Positions 46,812 to 56,414 of a stretch of 64,000 bases of DNA are shown here, in pieces. Source of the DNA: Planctomycetota bacterium (GTDB lineage Bacteria; Planctomycetota; UBA1135; UBA2386); the NCBI GenBank assembly GCA_965223545.1, contig OZ245006.1, positions 6,880,001 to 6,944,000 of the forward strand. Reading direction: 5' to 3'. Below the pieces are notes generated by a model, which saw nothing but the letters and a program-made list of their open reading frames with translations, was not told the DNA's origin and did no database searches. Every line of letters begins with the position of its first letter. Position 1 is the first letter of the stretch. Both the position numbers and the translations under genes were made by a program.

Positions 46812-48145
46812 TGGCGCAGCGGCAGCTGCCGACTTGGCTGCTGTGTGCGGCGATCGCCGGCGCGGCCGCGCCGGTGGGGTGGTGCGACTTCTACACAGCG
46901 CTGCCGTTTTGGGTGATGGCCAACGCCGCCTACGGCGTCGTCGTGGTGCGTCTGGTGCGCGGCGCGGCGGCGCCCGGCCTCGGCGCGGCGCTGCTGGCCG
47001 TGCTCGCGCTGCGCGCCGTGTGCTTGCCGCACCCGCCGTCGTACAGCGACGACGTCTACCGCTACCTGCACGAGGGCGCGGTGGTGCTCGCCGGTCACAA
47101 CCCGTACGAGATGGCGCCCGCCGATGCTCCCCCGGCGCTGCGCGGCGCGTACTGGGAGCGGATCAACAACCCCGAGATCTCCGCCGCGTATCCGCCCGCG
47201 GTGCAGTGCGCGCTCGCCGCCGGTGCATGGCTGTCCGCCGAGCCGATCGGCATGAAGCTGGTGTTCGGCGCCTGCGACGTCCTGGTCTTCGTCGCGCTGT
47301 GGCTGGCGTTGCCGTGGCTCTCGGTGCCCCGGCACATGGCGCTGGTGTGGGGGCTCTGTCCGCTGATGGCGTTCGAGTTCGCCGGTCAGGCGCACAGCGA
47401 CAGCTTGGCGGTGTTGGCGACCGTGTTGGGAGTGTTCTTCGGCGTGCGCCGCCGCGCCGTGCTCGCCGGCATCGCGATCGGCATCGCCGCCGGTGCGAAG
47501 TTGATGCCGCTCGCGCTGCTGCCGTTCGCGCTGCGCGGCACGGTGTGGTGGCGCGGCGTGGTCGCCTGCGCGGCGACGGTCGCCCTGTTGTGGGCTCCGT
47601 TCTGGACCGATCCGGCCCAGCTGCTGGCCGGCACGGAGCAGTACTCGCGGCGCTGGAGCGGCAACGCCACGCTGTTCCTGCCCCTGCTCGCCACAGGCCA
47701 GTGGCTGGAGGGGATCGGTTGGTTGCGGGGCTTCGACCACCTTTGGCTGCGCGAAGGGCAGGCGATCGCCAAGCTGCCGCTGGCCGCCCTCACCGTCGGC
47801 TTGCTGGCCGCCTGCTGGTGGCGGCGGTGCTCGACGCCGCGGACGGCGCTGTGGTTCTTCGTCTTCTTCGTCGCGTTCTCGCCGACGGTGCACCCCTGGT
47901 ACGTCAGCCATCTGCTGCCGTGGCTGTGCGTGTGGCCCAACCCGGGGCTCATCGCCTTCTCGGCGACCGTGTTCTTCGCCTATCACGTGCTTCCCCGCTG
48001 GCACGTCGAGGGTGTTTGGGAGCCGACGTGGTGGTGGACGGCGGCGGAGTACCTGCCGTTCTATGTCGGCGTGGTGTGGCTCCTGTCGCGCAGCTGGTCA
48101 AGCCGCGGTGGCATGGGCGCGGCGCCGCCGCGTTCCGCCGCCTGA
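46811..48145 (+). CDS. GT-C fold (GT87-like) membrane glycosyltransferase
   Basis: SDDVYRYLHEG..NPY; YPP; EFAGQAHSD; AKLMP; SPTVHPWY; many TM segments. Confidence 0.85.
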   Translation: MAQRQLPTWLLCAAIAGAAAPVGWCDFYTALPFWVMANAAYGVVVVRLVRGAAAPGLGAALLAVLALRAVCLPHPPSYSDDVYRYLHEGAVVLAGHNPYEMAPADAPPALRGAYWERINNPEISAAYPPAVQCALAAGAWLSAEPIGMKLVFGACDVLVFVALWLALPWLSVPRHMALVWGLCPLMAFEFAGQAHSDSLAVLATVLGVFFGVRRRAVLAGIAIGIAAGAKLMPLALLPFALRGTVWWRGVVACAATVALLWAPFWTDPAQLLAGTEQYSRRWSGNATLFLPLLATGQWLEGIGWLRGFDHLWLREGQAIAKLPLAALTVGLLAACWWRRCSTPRTALWFFVFFVAFSPTVHPWYVSHLLPWLCVWPNPGLIAFSATVFFAYHVLPRWHVEGVWEPTWWWTAAEYLPFYVGVVWLLSRSWSSRGGMGAAPPRSAA

Positions 48146-48298
48146 AAACTCGGTGGCGGGGACGCCCCGGTCGGGCGTTACCATGTCGCCTGCCCTGCCG
48201 GGCTCATGCCGATCGCGGCCCTGCGCCGAAGTCGGTGATGGGCCCGGATTCCGGGTCGCACCCACACCACGCGCTTGCCGTCCTTCAAGCGAAGCGCA

Positions 48299-51055
48299 AT
48301 GCCCCCGACACCTCCGAGCGAACCGAAACCGAGCTGGCGACGCCTCCGCGCCGTCGCGGTCCTGGTCCTTGCGTGTTCCGCCGCCGGCCAGGAGACGCTG
48401 TTCGAATGGACGGGCGACGCGGTGGGCGACGGGTTCGGCCAGGGGTTGGCCGCGGTCGGCGACGTCGACCTCGACGGCTACCCGGACGTCTTGGTCGGCG
48501 CGCCGGGAGCGGATCGCAATGGATTGGACAGCGGTCACGCGGTCGTCTTCTCCGGCCGTGACGGGTCCATCCTCTGGGATGTTCACGGCCCGGCAGCCGG
48601 TGCCCGCTACGGCCAGCGCGTGGTTGCCGCCGGCGACGCCAACCGCGATGCCCATCGGGACTTCGCGGTCGCCGGCGCCACGACCTTCGAGCTGTACGAC
48701 GGCCGCACCGGTGCGCTCTTGCGGGCGCTGCCGGTGGGCGACGACGCGGCCTGCGCCGGCGACGTCGACCGCGACGGCCACGACGACCTGATCATCGGCT
48801 TCTTCACCGGCGGCACCAGCGGTGGCGGCTACGCGCTCGTGCTGTCCGGTCGGGATGGCCAGGTGCTGCACCGGTTCGACGGCCGCGCTGCCGGCGACAG
48901 CTTCGGCGTGGTCGCGGGCGGCCGCGACACCAACGGCGATGGCTACGCCGATCTGGTCGTGGCGGCGCCCAACGGCGGCGGCTTCGGTGCACCCTACGTG
49001 CACGTGTACGACGGCAAGTCGGGCCGGCAGCTGCTGCAGATCGGCAGCGGCATCTTTCGGTTCGGGCACGACGTGGCACTGGTCGACGACGTCGACGGCG
49101 ACGGCGCCGCGGATGTGTTGGTCGGCGCGCCGGACATCGGGGCGACCTGTGCGACGGGCAGCGCGGTGCTGTACTCGGGGCGCACGGGCGTCGTGCTGCG
49201 CGTGGTGCAAGGCCGCACCGAGCCGCGCTGTCGCACCGTGGTCGAGCAGCTGGTGGGTGACGCGGTGGGCAACGGCGGCGACCTCGATGGTGACGGAATC
49301 GGCGATCTCGCGATTGCCTCGTTGCAGCGGCTGCGCGTCGTGTCCGCCGCCAGCGGCGAGAACCTGTTCGTCGTCCCACCGGCGGGGACCGGTTTTCGCG
49401 GCGCCTTCGCGGCGATCGGCGACGTCGATCGGGACGGCGCGGACGATGTCGCATGGAGCGATCCCACCGGTGCCGGGCGGGTGGTCGTCGTCTCCGCGCG
49501 GCGACCGCCGGTGGTCACCGAGTGGCATCACGGCTTGCTCGACGGGGGCTCGGTGCGCGCCGGTGGCAGCGATGGCAGCCGCCTCGTCATGGCGCGCGAG
49601 GGCGCGATCGTGTTTCCGCCGATGCCGCCGGCGTTCGAGATCCGCGACCGCGCCGGTGCCCTGGTCGGGCGTCGCGTGCTCGGCTATCCCGGCCAGCTGC
49701 GCGCCTCATTGGCGCCCGCCGGCGATGTCGACCAGGACCAGATCGGGGATTGGGTCGTGGGCTGGCACAGCGCCCTCGGTCCGGCTGTCAGCGCAGTGGA
49801 AGTGTACTCGGGACGCGATGCGCGGCCGCTGCGCACTTGGCCGGGACCGTTCGGTGATGCCTACGGCCGCGCGGTCGCCGGCGGCGTCGATTGGAATCGC
49901 GACGGCGTGCCGGACCAGGCGATCGGCTGGCCCACGGGTGGGCCGAGCGGCGCCGGCGTGGTCGAGATCCGTTCCGGCGCGGATGGCAGCTTGCTGTTCG
50001 CGTTTGGCGGCAGTGCAGCGGGAGATCGCTACGGCGCGGCGCTGGCGGTGGCGGGAGACGTCGATCGCGATGGGGTCGCCGAGTTGGCGGTCGGCGTGCC
50101 CGGTGCCGACCGCGTCGAGCTGCGCTCGATCGCCGGCGGCGGCGTCGTGTGGAACCATCAGGGAGTGGCGGGATCCGCGCTCGGCCACGCGGTGGCGGTC
50201 GCCGGCGATACGGATGGCGATCTGGCGGCGGAGGTGATCGCCGGCGCGCCGAATGCGGACCGCGCTCTGCTCCTCGCCGGTCGCGATGGATTGGCGCTGC
50301 AGGTGTTCACCGGGGTCGCGGGCAGTCGCTTCGGCCATGCGGTCGCGGGTGCCGCCGATTTCGATGGCGACGCCGTCGACGACCTGGTGGTCGCGGCTCC
50401 GTTGGCCGGAGCCGTCGCCGCCGGGGTCGCCGAGGTGCGGATATGGTCGGGGCGCACCGGTGCCGTGTTGTGGTCGGAGCGCGGCCACGCTGCCGCCGAC
50501 GAGCTGGGTGATTGGTTGGCAGTCGGCGCGCCGCCGCCGGGCGGTACCGGCCCGGAGCTGTGGATGGGTGCCGCGCGCGGTGGCTTCGGCTACGAAGGGG
50601 ACGGTGGCTTCTTCGGCGCCGGTTACGTCCGGTCCAGCCGCCCGGGGCGCGGGCGCGTCTCGCCCTTCGGCGACGGCTGTACCGGCGCTCTCGGCACGCC
50701 CTTGCTGAGTGGTTCCGTGCCAGCGTCGGCCGGCCGGTACTCGCTCAGCGTGCATGCCGTCGACCCGAGCGCGCCCGGCGCGCTGATCATCGGCATCAGC
50801 GACCGGCTCCACGGCGGGATCACGCTGCCCTGGGCGCTGTCCCCGCTGGGCGCACCGGGGTGTGCGCTGCTGGTCAGCATCGACGCGGTGCTGCCGCTGG
50901 CCTTGGGACCGCACCCTGCGCCGTTGCGGGTGCATTACTCCGTGCCCTCTGGATGGGCGGGGGCGACTCTGTTCCAGCAGTACGTGCAGCTCGATGCCGT
51001 CGCTGCCGGCGGTTTGGCGCTGAGCAACGCGGTGCGGATCACGTTCGCCCGCTGA
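48299..51055 (+). CDS. Secreted integrin-alpha-like FG-GAP repeat protein with shared C-terminal domain
   Basis: FGxxxAxxGDxDxDGxxDxxVGAP repeats; C-terminus FQQYVQLDAVAAGGLALSNAVRITFAR. Confidence 0.92.
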   Translation: MPPTPPSEPKPSWRRLRAVAVLVLACSAAGQETLFEWTGDAVGDGFGQGLAAVGDVDLDGYPDVLVGAPGADRNGLDSGHAVVFSGRDGSILWDVHGPAAGARYGQRVVAAGDANRDAHRDFAVAGATTFELYDGRTGALLRALPVGDDAACAGDVDRDGHDDLIIGFFTGGTSGGGYALVLSGRDGQVLHRFDGRAAGDSFGVVAGGRDTNGDGYADLVVAAPNGGGFGAPYVHVYDGKSGRQLLQIGSGIFRFGHDVALVDDVDGDGAADVLVGAPDIGATCATGSAVLYSGRTGVVLRVVQGRTEPRCRTVVEQLVGDAVGNGGDLDGDGIGDLAIASLQRLRVVSAASGENLFVVPPAGTGFRGAFAAIGDVDRDGADDVAWSDPTGAGRVVVVSARRPPVVTEWHHGLLDGGSVRAGGSDGSRLVMAREGAIVFPPMPPAFEIRDRAGALVGRRVLGYPGQLRASLAPAGDVDQDQIGDWVVGWHSALGPAVSAVEVYSGRDARPLRTWPGPFGDAYGRAVAGGVDWNRDGVPDQAIGWPTGGPSGAGVVEIRSGADGSLLFAFGGSAAGDRYGAALAVAGDVDRDGVAELAVGVPGADRVELRSIAGGGVVWNHQGVAGSALGHAVAVAGDTDGDLAAEVIAGAPNADRALLLAGRDGLALQVFTGVAGSRFGHAVAGAADFDGDAVDDLVVAAPLAGAVAAGVAEVRIWSGRTGAVLWSERGHAAADELGDWLAVGAPPPGGTGPELWMGAARGGFGYEGDGGFFGAGYVRSSRPGRGRVSPFGDGCTGALGTPLLSGSVPASAGRYSLSVHAVDPSAPGALIIGISDRLHGGITLPWALSPLGAPGCALLVSIDAVLPLALGPHPAPLRVHYSVPSGWAGATLFQQYVQLDAVAAGGLALSNAVRITFAR

Positions 51056-51093
51056 GGTGACGGAGCCATCTCGGCCGCGGCCGATGCCGCGCG

Positions 51094-52623
51094 TCAGCGG
51101 CGCCAGCGGGCCCGCACCGCGTTGGTGAAGCCGAGGCCCGTCGGCAGGGACGCGTCGGCGTAGACCGCCTGCACGAACAGGTCGATCGGTCCGCCGTTGC
51201 CCGACAGCGGCAGCAGGAAGCTGCCTGCGATGTTGATCTGGGCGGCCAGGATCGCCGGCGAGGGCCACGGCACGATGGTGCCGCCGAGCAGCGGGGTCGG
51301 CGTCTGGCTCGGCGAGACCGCGACCAGCAACGCGGCGAGCGGCGGCGCGCCGCTGACCTGGAGCGTCGCGGTGCGGCCGGGCAGGAGCGGGCCGCCGCAG
51401 ATCGACAGCTGCGCCGCGCCGGGGCCGCCGAAGCCGAGGTCTTCCTGGCAGTCGACCAGAGGCAAGCGGAGGTCGACGACGACCGGCCGGTGGTCGGAGG
51501 CCACCGCGCTCAGGCCGGCGACCGAGGGGAAGCCGAGTACCTCTGGGGGCAGCGCTGCCTGCGGCGTGCCGGCGGTGTCGAAGACGAACTGCAGGCGGGC
51601 GCTGCAGACGCTGTCCTGCCACGCGACGTAGTCGAACTTGACGCTGCCGATGGTGGCCCGACTCCGCGTGAACCAGTGCGTGCCGCCGTCGTAGCGCATG
51701 TCGCTGCGATCGCGGTCGGTGCCGTCGGTGCCGCCGGCGACCGCCGCCTGGGTAAGCCACTCGGCGGGCGCTCGGCTGCCGCCGAGCGCGTCTTCGTTCC
51801 AGTCGCCGCCGAGCACGACCGGGGTGTCGTCGTCGAGCAGCTTGGTCGCCGGCGGCGAGTCGAAGATCACGTTGAACGGATCCGGCCCCTGGCCGAGGCC
51901 GCCGCCCTGCCACCAGTAGTCGACGATGTAGGCGGTGTTCTGCGCGGCGATGCGGCGCTGTCTGGCATCGGCGCTGCTCGATCCCGCCTTGAGGTGCGCG
52001 TTGCCGACCACTAGATCGCCGCGGTAGACGCCGTCGTCGAGTTGGAGCTCGGCGAACTGGAAGCCGCGGATGCCGCCGTTGCCCCCGTTCTGGTACAGGT
52101 GGGCCTGCATCGGCGGGATGTCGGACAGCCTGGAGTTGCCGTCGCCGTTCAGATCGCCGAACGGAAACCGACTGAGCAGGACGTTGCGGTTGAAACCGTC
52201 GGTGATGCCGCTGACGAAGACGAACGGCAGGTCGTAGCCCGGAGCGTAGCGTTGCACGAATGCTCCCACCGTGCCGCCGAGGTACGGGTCGTTGCCGCCG
52301 GTGAAGAACAGCCGGCACACCTGGCGCAAGACCGAGACCGAATCGACGCCACCGCTGGGGTTGTCGCCGGCCTCCTGCAGCAGCAGGACGTCGGGCTCGA
52401 GCGCGGCGACGACGCGCGCCAGCGCTTCCCACTGCGAGCCGGTGGCTTGCTTGGTGCGCCGCGAGGCGATGCCGTCCTTGACGTTCCACGTCATCACGCG
52501 GATGTCGGCTGGGTCGGACTTGCCCCACAGGCCGCTCGCCGGGTTCCACTGAGCGGTAGGGGCCGGAAGCAGGACGACGGTGGCGGCCAGCAGGGCGCGG
52601 CAGGCGAGTCGCATGCCACGCAT
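51094..52623 (-). CDS. Secreted endonuclease/exonuclease/phosphatase (EEP) family protein with shared C-terminal domain
   Basis: Signal ..LPAPTAQ; VMTWNV; LLQE; NAHLKA; GDWN; FDY; SDHRPV; C-terminus FVQAVYADASLPTGLGFTNAVRARWRR. Confidence 0.9.
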   Translation of the reverse strand: MRGMRLACRALLAATVVLLPAPTAQWNPASGLWGKSDPADIRVMTWNVKDGIASRRTKQATGSQWEALARVVAALEPDVLLLQEAGDNPSGGVDSVSVLRQVCRLFFTGGNDPYLGGTVGAFVQRYAPGYDLPFVFVSGITDGFNRNVLLSRFPFGDLNGDGNSRLSDIPPMQAHLYQNGGNGGIRGFQFAELQLDDGVYRGDLVVGNAHLKAGSSSADARQRRIAAQNTAYIVDYWWQGGGLGQGPDPFNVIFDSPPATKLLDDDTPVVLGGDWNEDALGGSRAPAEWLTQAAVAGGTDGTDRDRSDMRYDGGTHWFTRSRATIGSVKFDYVAWQDSVCSARLQFVFDTAGTPQAALPPEVLGFPSVAGLSAVASDHRPVVVDLRLPLVDCQEDLGFGGPGAAQLSICGGPLLPGRTATLQVSGAPPLAALLVAVSPSQTPTPLLGGTIVPWPSPAILAAQINIAGSFLLPLSGNGGPIDLFVQAVYADASLPTGLGFTNAVRARWRR

Positions 52624-52685
52624 CGTCGCGGATCCGGGCCGCGGAGGCCAGCCGCCCCGGGCACGGCAGCGGTGGCGCGCAGGTG

Positions 52686-54053
52686 CTACTCGACCACCGT
52701 GCGCAGGTAGAGCGCCAGCGCGTGCAGCTGCTCGTAGGGCACGTGATCGAAGCTCGGCATGGCGGTCTCCTCCGACAGCATCTCCTGCGGGTCGCGCAGG
52801 ATGGCCACCATGGTCTCCGGATCGTGGTCGAGCTCGTCGAGCAGCGGCGCGTCTTCGTGCTCCTCCGAGCCGCCCAACACGGTGCCGTCCTCACGCTCGT
52901 GGGCGTGGCAGTCCATGCACCGCAGCCGGCGCAGCATGAGATAGCCGTTGCGCTCGACGTTGGTGAGGCCGAGCGCGTGGCGCAGGGTCGGCGCGTTGTC
53001 GGCGCGGTCTAGGGCGCCCATCACCGTCACCGCGACGATGCCGACCAGCACCAACGTGCCCAAGCCGATCATCAGCGGCCGGCGGCGCCAGCTGCGGTGG
53101 CGGGTGCGATCGACGAACGGCAGCAGCGCGAGCGCCACCAGCACGGCGTTGGGCAACCAGAACGCGCCGATCGGTTCCATCGGCCCCTTGAACAGCTTGA
53201 GCAGCTGGAACAGACCGAGGAAGTACCAGTCGGGGCGCGGGTCGTAGCTCTGGTCGGAGGGTTCCGCCAGTGCCTCCAGCGGAGCCCGCCAGGTCCAGCT
53301 GATCCAGAACAGCACGGCGGTGACCAGCAGTGCTGCGACCACTTCCTTGAAGACGTGGCCGGGGAAATACGGCGGCCCCGGCTCGCCCTCGTCGCCCACC
53401 GGTCGACCCGGGGCGGCGACGCCGTGTCGCTGGATCAGCAGGAGGTGCACCGCCAGCAGACCCAACAACGCCAAGGGCAGCAGCACGACGTGGATGACGT
53501 AGAAGCGCGTCAGGGTTGGCGCGCCGACCGTGTCGCCGCCGGCGAGGATCTCGCGCACGTGTTCGCCGATGCCCGGCGTCTTGCCGGCGATCTCCACGCC
53601 GACCTTGGTGGCGAAGTAGGCCTTCTGGTCCCACGGCAGCAAGTAGCCGGTGAAGCCGAAGCCCAGCACGACCAGCAGCAGGCCGAGACCCGTCAGCCAG
53701 GTGAGCTCGCGCGGCCGCTTGTAGGCGCCGGTGAAGAACACGCGCAGCAGGTGCAGCACGGCGAAGATGACGAATGCCGAGGCGCCGAAGTGGTGCAGCG
53801 CGCGCACTTGGGCGCCGTAGGGCACGTCCTGCTCGAAGGCGCGGATCGAGTCGTAGGCCAGGTCGGTCGACGGCACGTAGTGCATTGCCAGCGCGAGACC
53901 GGACAGGAACTGCAGGAGTAGCACGGTGAGCGCGCAGAACCCCAGCGTGCGCAGCCAGCCGATTCCCTGCGGCGGGCGCTTGTCGACCATCGCGGCGCGC
54001 CACGCGCTGCGCAGCCCGAGCCGGTGCTCGATGAAGTCGGTGAGAAAGCGCAT
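52686..54053 (-). CDS. petB: Cytochrome b (b6 + subunit IV) fused to a C-terminal monoheme cytochrome c
   Basis: LAMHYVPS..AYDSI; RALHHFGAS..HLLRVFFTGAYKRPRELTW; TGYLLPWDQ; RFYVIHV..H; PDWYF; CMDCH..MPSF. Confidence 0.92.
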   Translation of the reverse strand: MRFLTDFIEHRLGLRSAWRAAMVDKRPPQGIGWLRTLGFCALTVLLLQFLSGLALAMHYVPSTDLAYDSIRAFEQDVPYGAQVRALHHFGASAFVIFAVLHLLRVFFTGAYKRPRELTWLTGLGLLLVVLGFGFTGYLLPWDQKAYFATKVGVEIAGKTPGIGEHVREILAGGDTVGAPTLTRFYVIHVVLLPLALLGLLAVHLLLIQRHGVAAPGRPVGDEGEPGPPYFPGHVFKEVVAALLVTAVLFWISWTWRAPLEALAEPSDQSYDPRPDWYFLGLFQLLKLFKGPMEPIGAFWLPNAVLVALALLPFVDRTRHRSWRRRPLMIGLGTLVLVGIVAVTVMGALDRADNAPTLRHALGLTNVERNGYLMLRRLRCMDCHAHEREDGTVLGGSEEHEDAPLLDELDHDPETMVAILRDPQEMLSEETAMPSFDHVPYEQLHALALYLRTVVE

Positions 54054-54055
54054 GA

Positions 54056-54559
54056 TCAGACCTCGAGCAGGTGGATCATGCCGTCGTCCGCCTCGGGCAG
54101 CTCGATCGCGAGCCGCCGCAGCGGTGCCGGCGGCGGTCCGGCGACGACGGCGCCGGTGCGCGAGAACACCCCGCCGTGGCACGGGCAGCGCAGCGGCGCC
54201 TCGGGGTGCTCGTCGTCGGCCTCGACGGTGCGCAGCTGGACCGGGCACGACAGGTGCGTGCACTCGCCCGCCAGCGCCAGCACCGACGCCGGGTCGTCCG
54301 GGTCGCGGGTGACGAAGACCACGCGGGCGACGTCTTCGACCGCGGGACCGCGCCGCATCTGGTAGCTGATCGCCCGGCTGATCAAGCCCTCTTCGGGCAC
54401 CTCGTCGAGCCGGCAGAGCGGCAGGCGGCCGGGGGCATCGCTGCGCGCGGGCGCCAGGGCTGCACGGCCGGCGACGAACAGGCCTCCGATCAGCGGCACC
54501 GCGCCGAGCACCGAGGTCAAGAAGGCCAGAAAGCCGCGTCGGGTGGTCGCTTCGCTCAT
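54056..54559 (-). CDS. Rieske 2Fe-2S subunit
   Basis: Tat motif TRRGFL; CTHLSC and CPCHGG boxes; GPPPAPL. Confidence 0.93.
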   Translation of the reverse strand: MSEATTRRGFLAFLTSVLGAVPLIGGLFVAGRAALAPARSDAPGRLPLCRLDEVPEEGLISRAISYQMRRGPAVEDVARVVFVTRDPDDPASVLALAGECTHLSCPVQLRTVEADDEHPEAPLRCPCHGGVFSRTGAVVAGPPPAPLRRLAIELPEADDGMIHLLEV

Positions 54560-54672
54560 GTGAGTCTCGGGATTATGCCAGCTTAAGGCTGACTCATGGA
54601 CGGCTGTCAGTCATGCCGAAGCACAGCAATGTGTGGGCGAAGCGCCGGCACCTGCTACGGTCAACAGCGGAC

Positions 54673-55221
54673 ATGTCCGAAGAGTTTCCCGATCTGCTCA
54701 AGGCAGTGCGGTTCGCCGCCGATCGGCACCGCGACCAGCGCCGCAAGGGCGAGGACGCCTCGCCGTACATCAACCACCCGATCGAGGTGGCCGAAGTGTT
54801 GGCGCGAATCGGCGGCGTGCGCGATGTGGCGGTGCTGCAGGCCGCGCTGTTGCACGACACGATCGAGGACACCACGACGACCAGCGACGAGCTGGAGGAT
54901 GAGTTCGGCCCACGGGTGCGCGCCCTGGTCGACGAGGTGACCGACGATCCCGCGCTCGACCGGCCGGCGCGCAAGCGCAGACAGATCGAGACCGCGCCGG
55001 GGCTCAGCGATGGCGCCAAGCAGATCCGCATCGCCGACAAGATCTGCAACATCGGCGACGTCGTACACGCGCCGCCGCGGGGCTGGTCGCTGGAGCGCCG
55101 GCAGCGCTATCTGGAGTGGACCGCGCGGGTGGTGCACGGCTGCCGCGGCGTCAACGCCGCGCTGGAACGCCACTACGATGGGTTGTTGCGCGCCGGCCGC
55201 GCGCAGCTCGAGGCGATCTGA
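54673..55221 (+). CDS. Stand-alone HD-domain small alarmone hydrolase (Mesh1-like)
   Basis: HRDQRRK..PYINHPIEVA; LLHDTIEDT; EVTDD; IADKICN. Confidence 0.88.
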   Translation: MSEEFPDLLKAVRFAADRHRDQRRKGEDASPYINHPIEVAEVLARIGGVRDVAVLQAALLHDTIEDTTTTSDELEDEFGPRVRALVDEVTDDPALDRPARKRRQIETAPGLSDGAKQIRIADKICNIGDVVHAPPRGWSLERRQRYLEWTARVVHGCRGVNAALERHYDGLLRAGRAQLEAI

Positions 55222-55359
55222 CCGACCGGCGTCCGGCTGCCGGCCCCATCACCCGGGTGGAGGGTGATGCGGGGGCTTTCCCCCAACGCGATGGGCGGTG
55301 GCTCACGCGGCCGCGCGGGGTGAGCCGATACAGACGCAGTGCCGTAGCGCCGCGCTCCG

Positions 55360-56412
55360 ATGACCCGACCAGCTCTCGCCTTCGTCCTTTCGCTGTCGTC
55401 CGTCGTGCCGTGTCAGGTCGCGCAGGAGCCGGTGGAGCAACCGTTGGGCTGGGAGAGCTTGGGCGCTGGGGACGAAGCCGGCTGGGATGACAACCTGCGG
55501 TGGGCGATCGACCTCGCCGCGCGGCCGATGTGGGACGACAACGCCGAGCGTTGGAACTCGGCGTTCTTCCTCGGCCTCGATTTGCACAAGGTGTTCTCCG
55601 GTCCCGGTGGCGACTGGGGCACCCTGGTGTTGCAGCCGTACGTGACCCGGTTGGATCGCCCGGCTCACCCGCCGTTCTTCGAGGACGGCCATGACTGGGA
55701 AGTCGTCTACCGGATCTGCAACTTCAACTACACCGGGCTGGCGGCGGGGCGCTTCAACGTGCGCGTCGGGCACATGGAGGTGCCGTTCGGTCTCGAGCAG
55801 ATCGTCAACACCAACGGCACCCTGCGCGACTACATGCACCCGCAGAACATCGGCGTGAAGGCCGACTGGGGAGCTTCGATCAACGGTGAGCTCGACGCCT
55901 TCGACTACGAGCTCGCCCTGACGCGGGGCACCGGCAACGAGTGGTCCGACCGCGGCGATCCGTTCTTGGTCGCGGCGCGGCTGGGAACACCGCGCGAGGC
56001 CGACCTGTCCTTGGGGGCGTCCGTGCTCTACGGCGAAGTGCAGCGCACTGCGCTGCCGGGCAACACCCTGCGTCGCAGCCGGGTCGGCGTCGACGTGATC
56101 TGGCAGGTGCCGTGGCTGACGCTGATGGGTGAGGTGTCGGCCGGCGAGGACGATGGCGCCGAGGTGATCAATGGCCTGTTCGAGCTCGATTGGACCAATC
56201 GCGACGAGAGCCTGCTGGTGTTCGATCAGCTCCGCGTGCGCAACGCCAAGCGGGCGGGGGCGTGGGACGAGGAAGTCGTCAACGCGCTGGGCGTCCGCTG
56301 GGCGCCCGACGCGCGCTGGGCGCTGAGTGCGCAGTGGATGCGCGGCTTGGACTCGTTCTCGGGCGCGCGACGCGTCAACGAGCTGGCCCTGCAGGTGCGG
56401 TTTCGGTTCTGA
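55360..56412 (+). CDS. Putative outer-membrane beta-barrel/porin
   Basis: Signal peptide; VGHMEVPFGLEQ porin-like motif; alternating strands; C-terminal ..LQVRFRF. Confidence 0.7.
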   Translation: MTRPALAFVLSLSSVVPCQVAQEPVEQPLGWESLGAGDEAGWDDNLRWAIDLAARPMWDDNAERWNSAFFLGLDLHKVFSGPGGDWGTLVLQPYVTRLDRPAHPPFFEDGHDWEVVYRICNFNYTGLAAGRFNVRVGHMEVPFGLEQIVNTNGTLRDYMHPQNIGVKADWGASINGELDAFDYELALTRGTGNEWSDRGDPFLVAARLGTPREADLSLGASVLYGEVQRTALPGNTLRRSRVGVDVIWQVPWLTLMGEVSAGEDDGAEVINGLFELDWTNRDESLLVFDQLRVRNAKRAGAWDEEVVNALGVRWAPDARWALSAQWMRGLDSFSGARRVNELALQVRFRF

Positions 56413-56414
56413 CC

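Noticed and set aside
54673..55221. HD protein as the antitoxin of a toxSAS module or as Cas3-HD
   Set aside because: No adjacent synthetase or cas genes; a stand-alone Mesh1-like hydrolase is common
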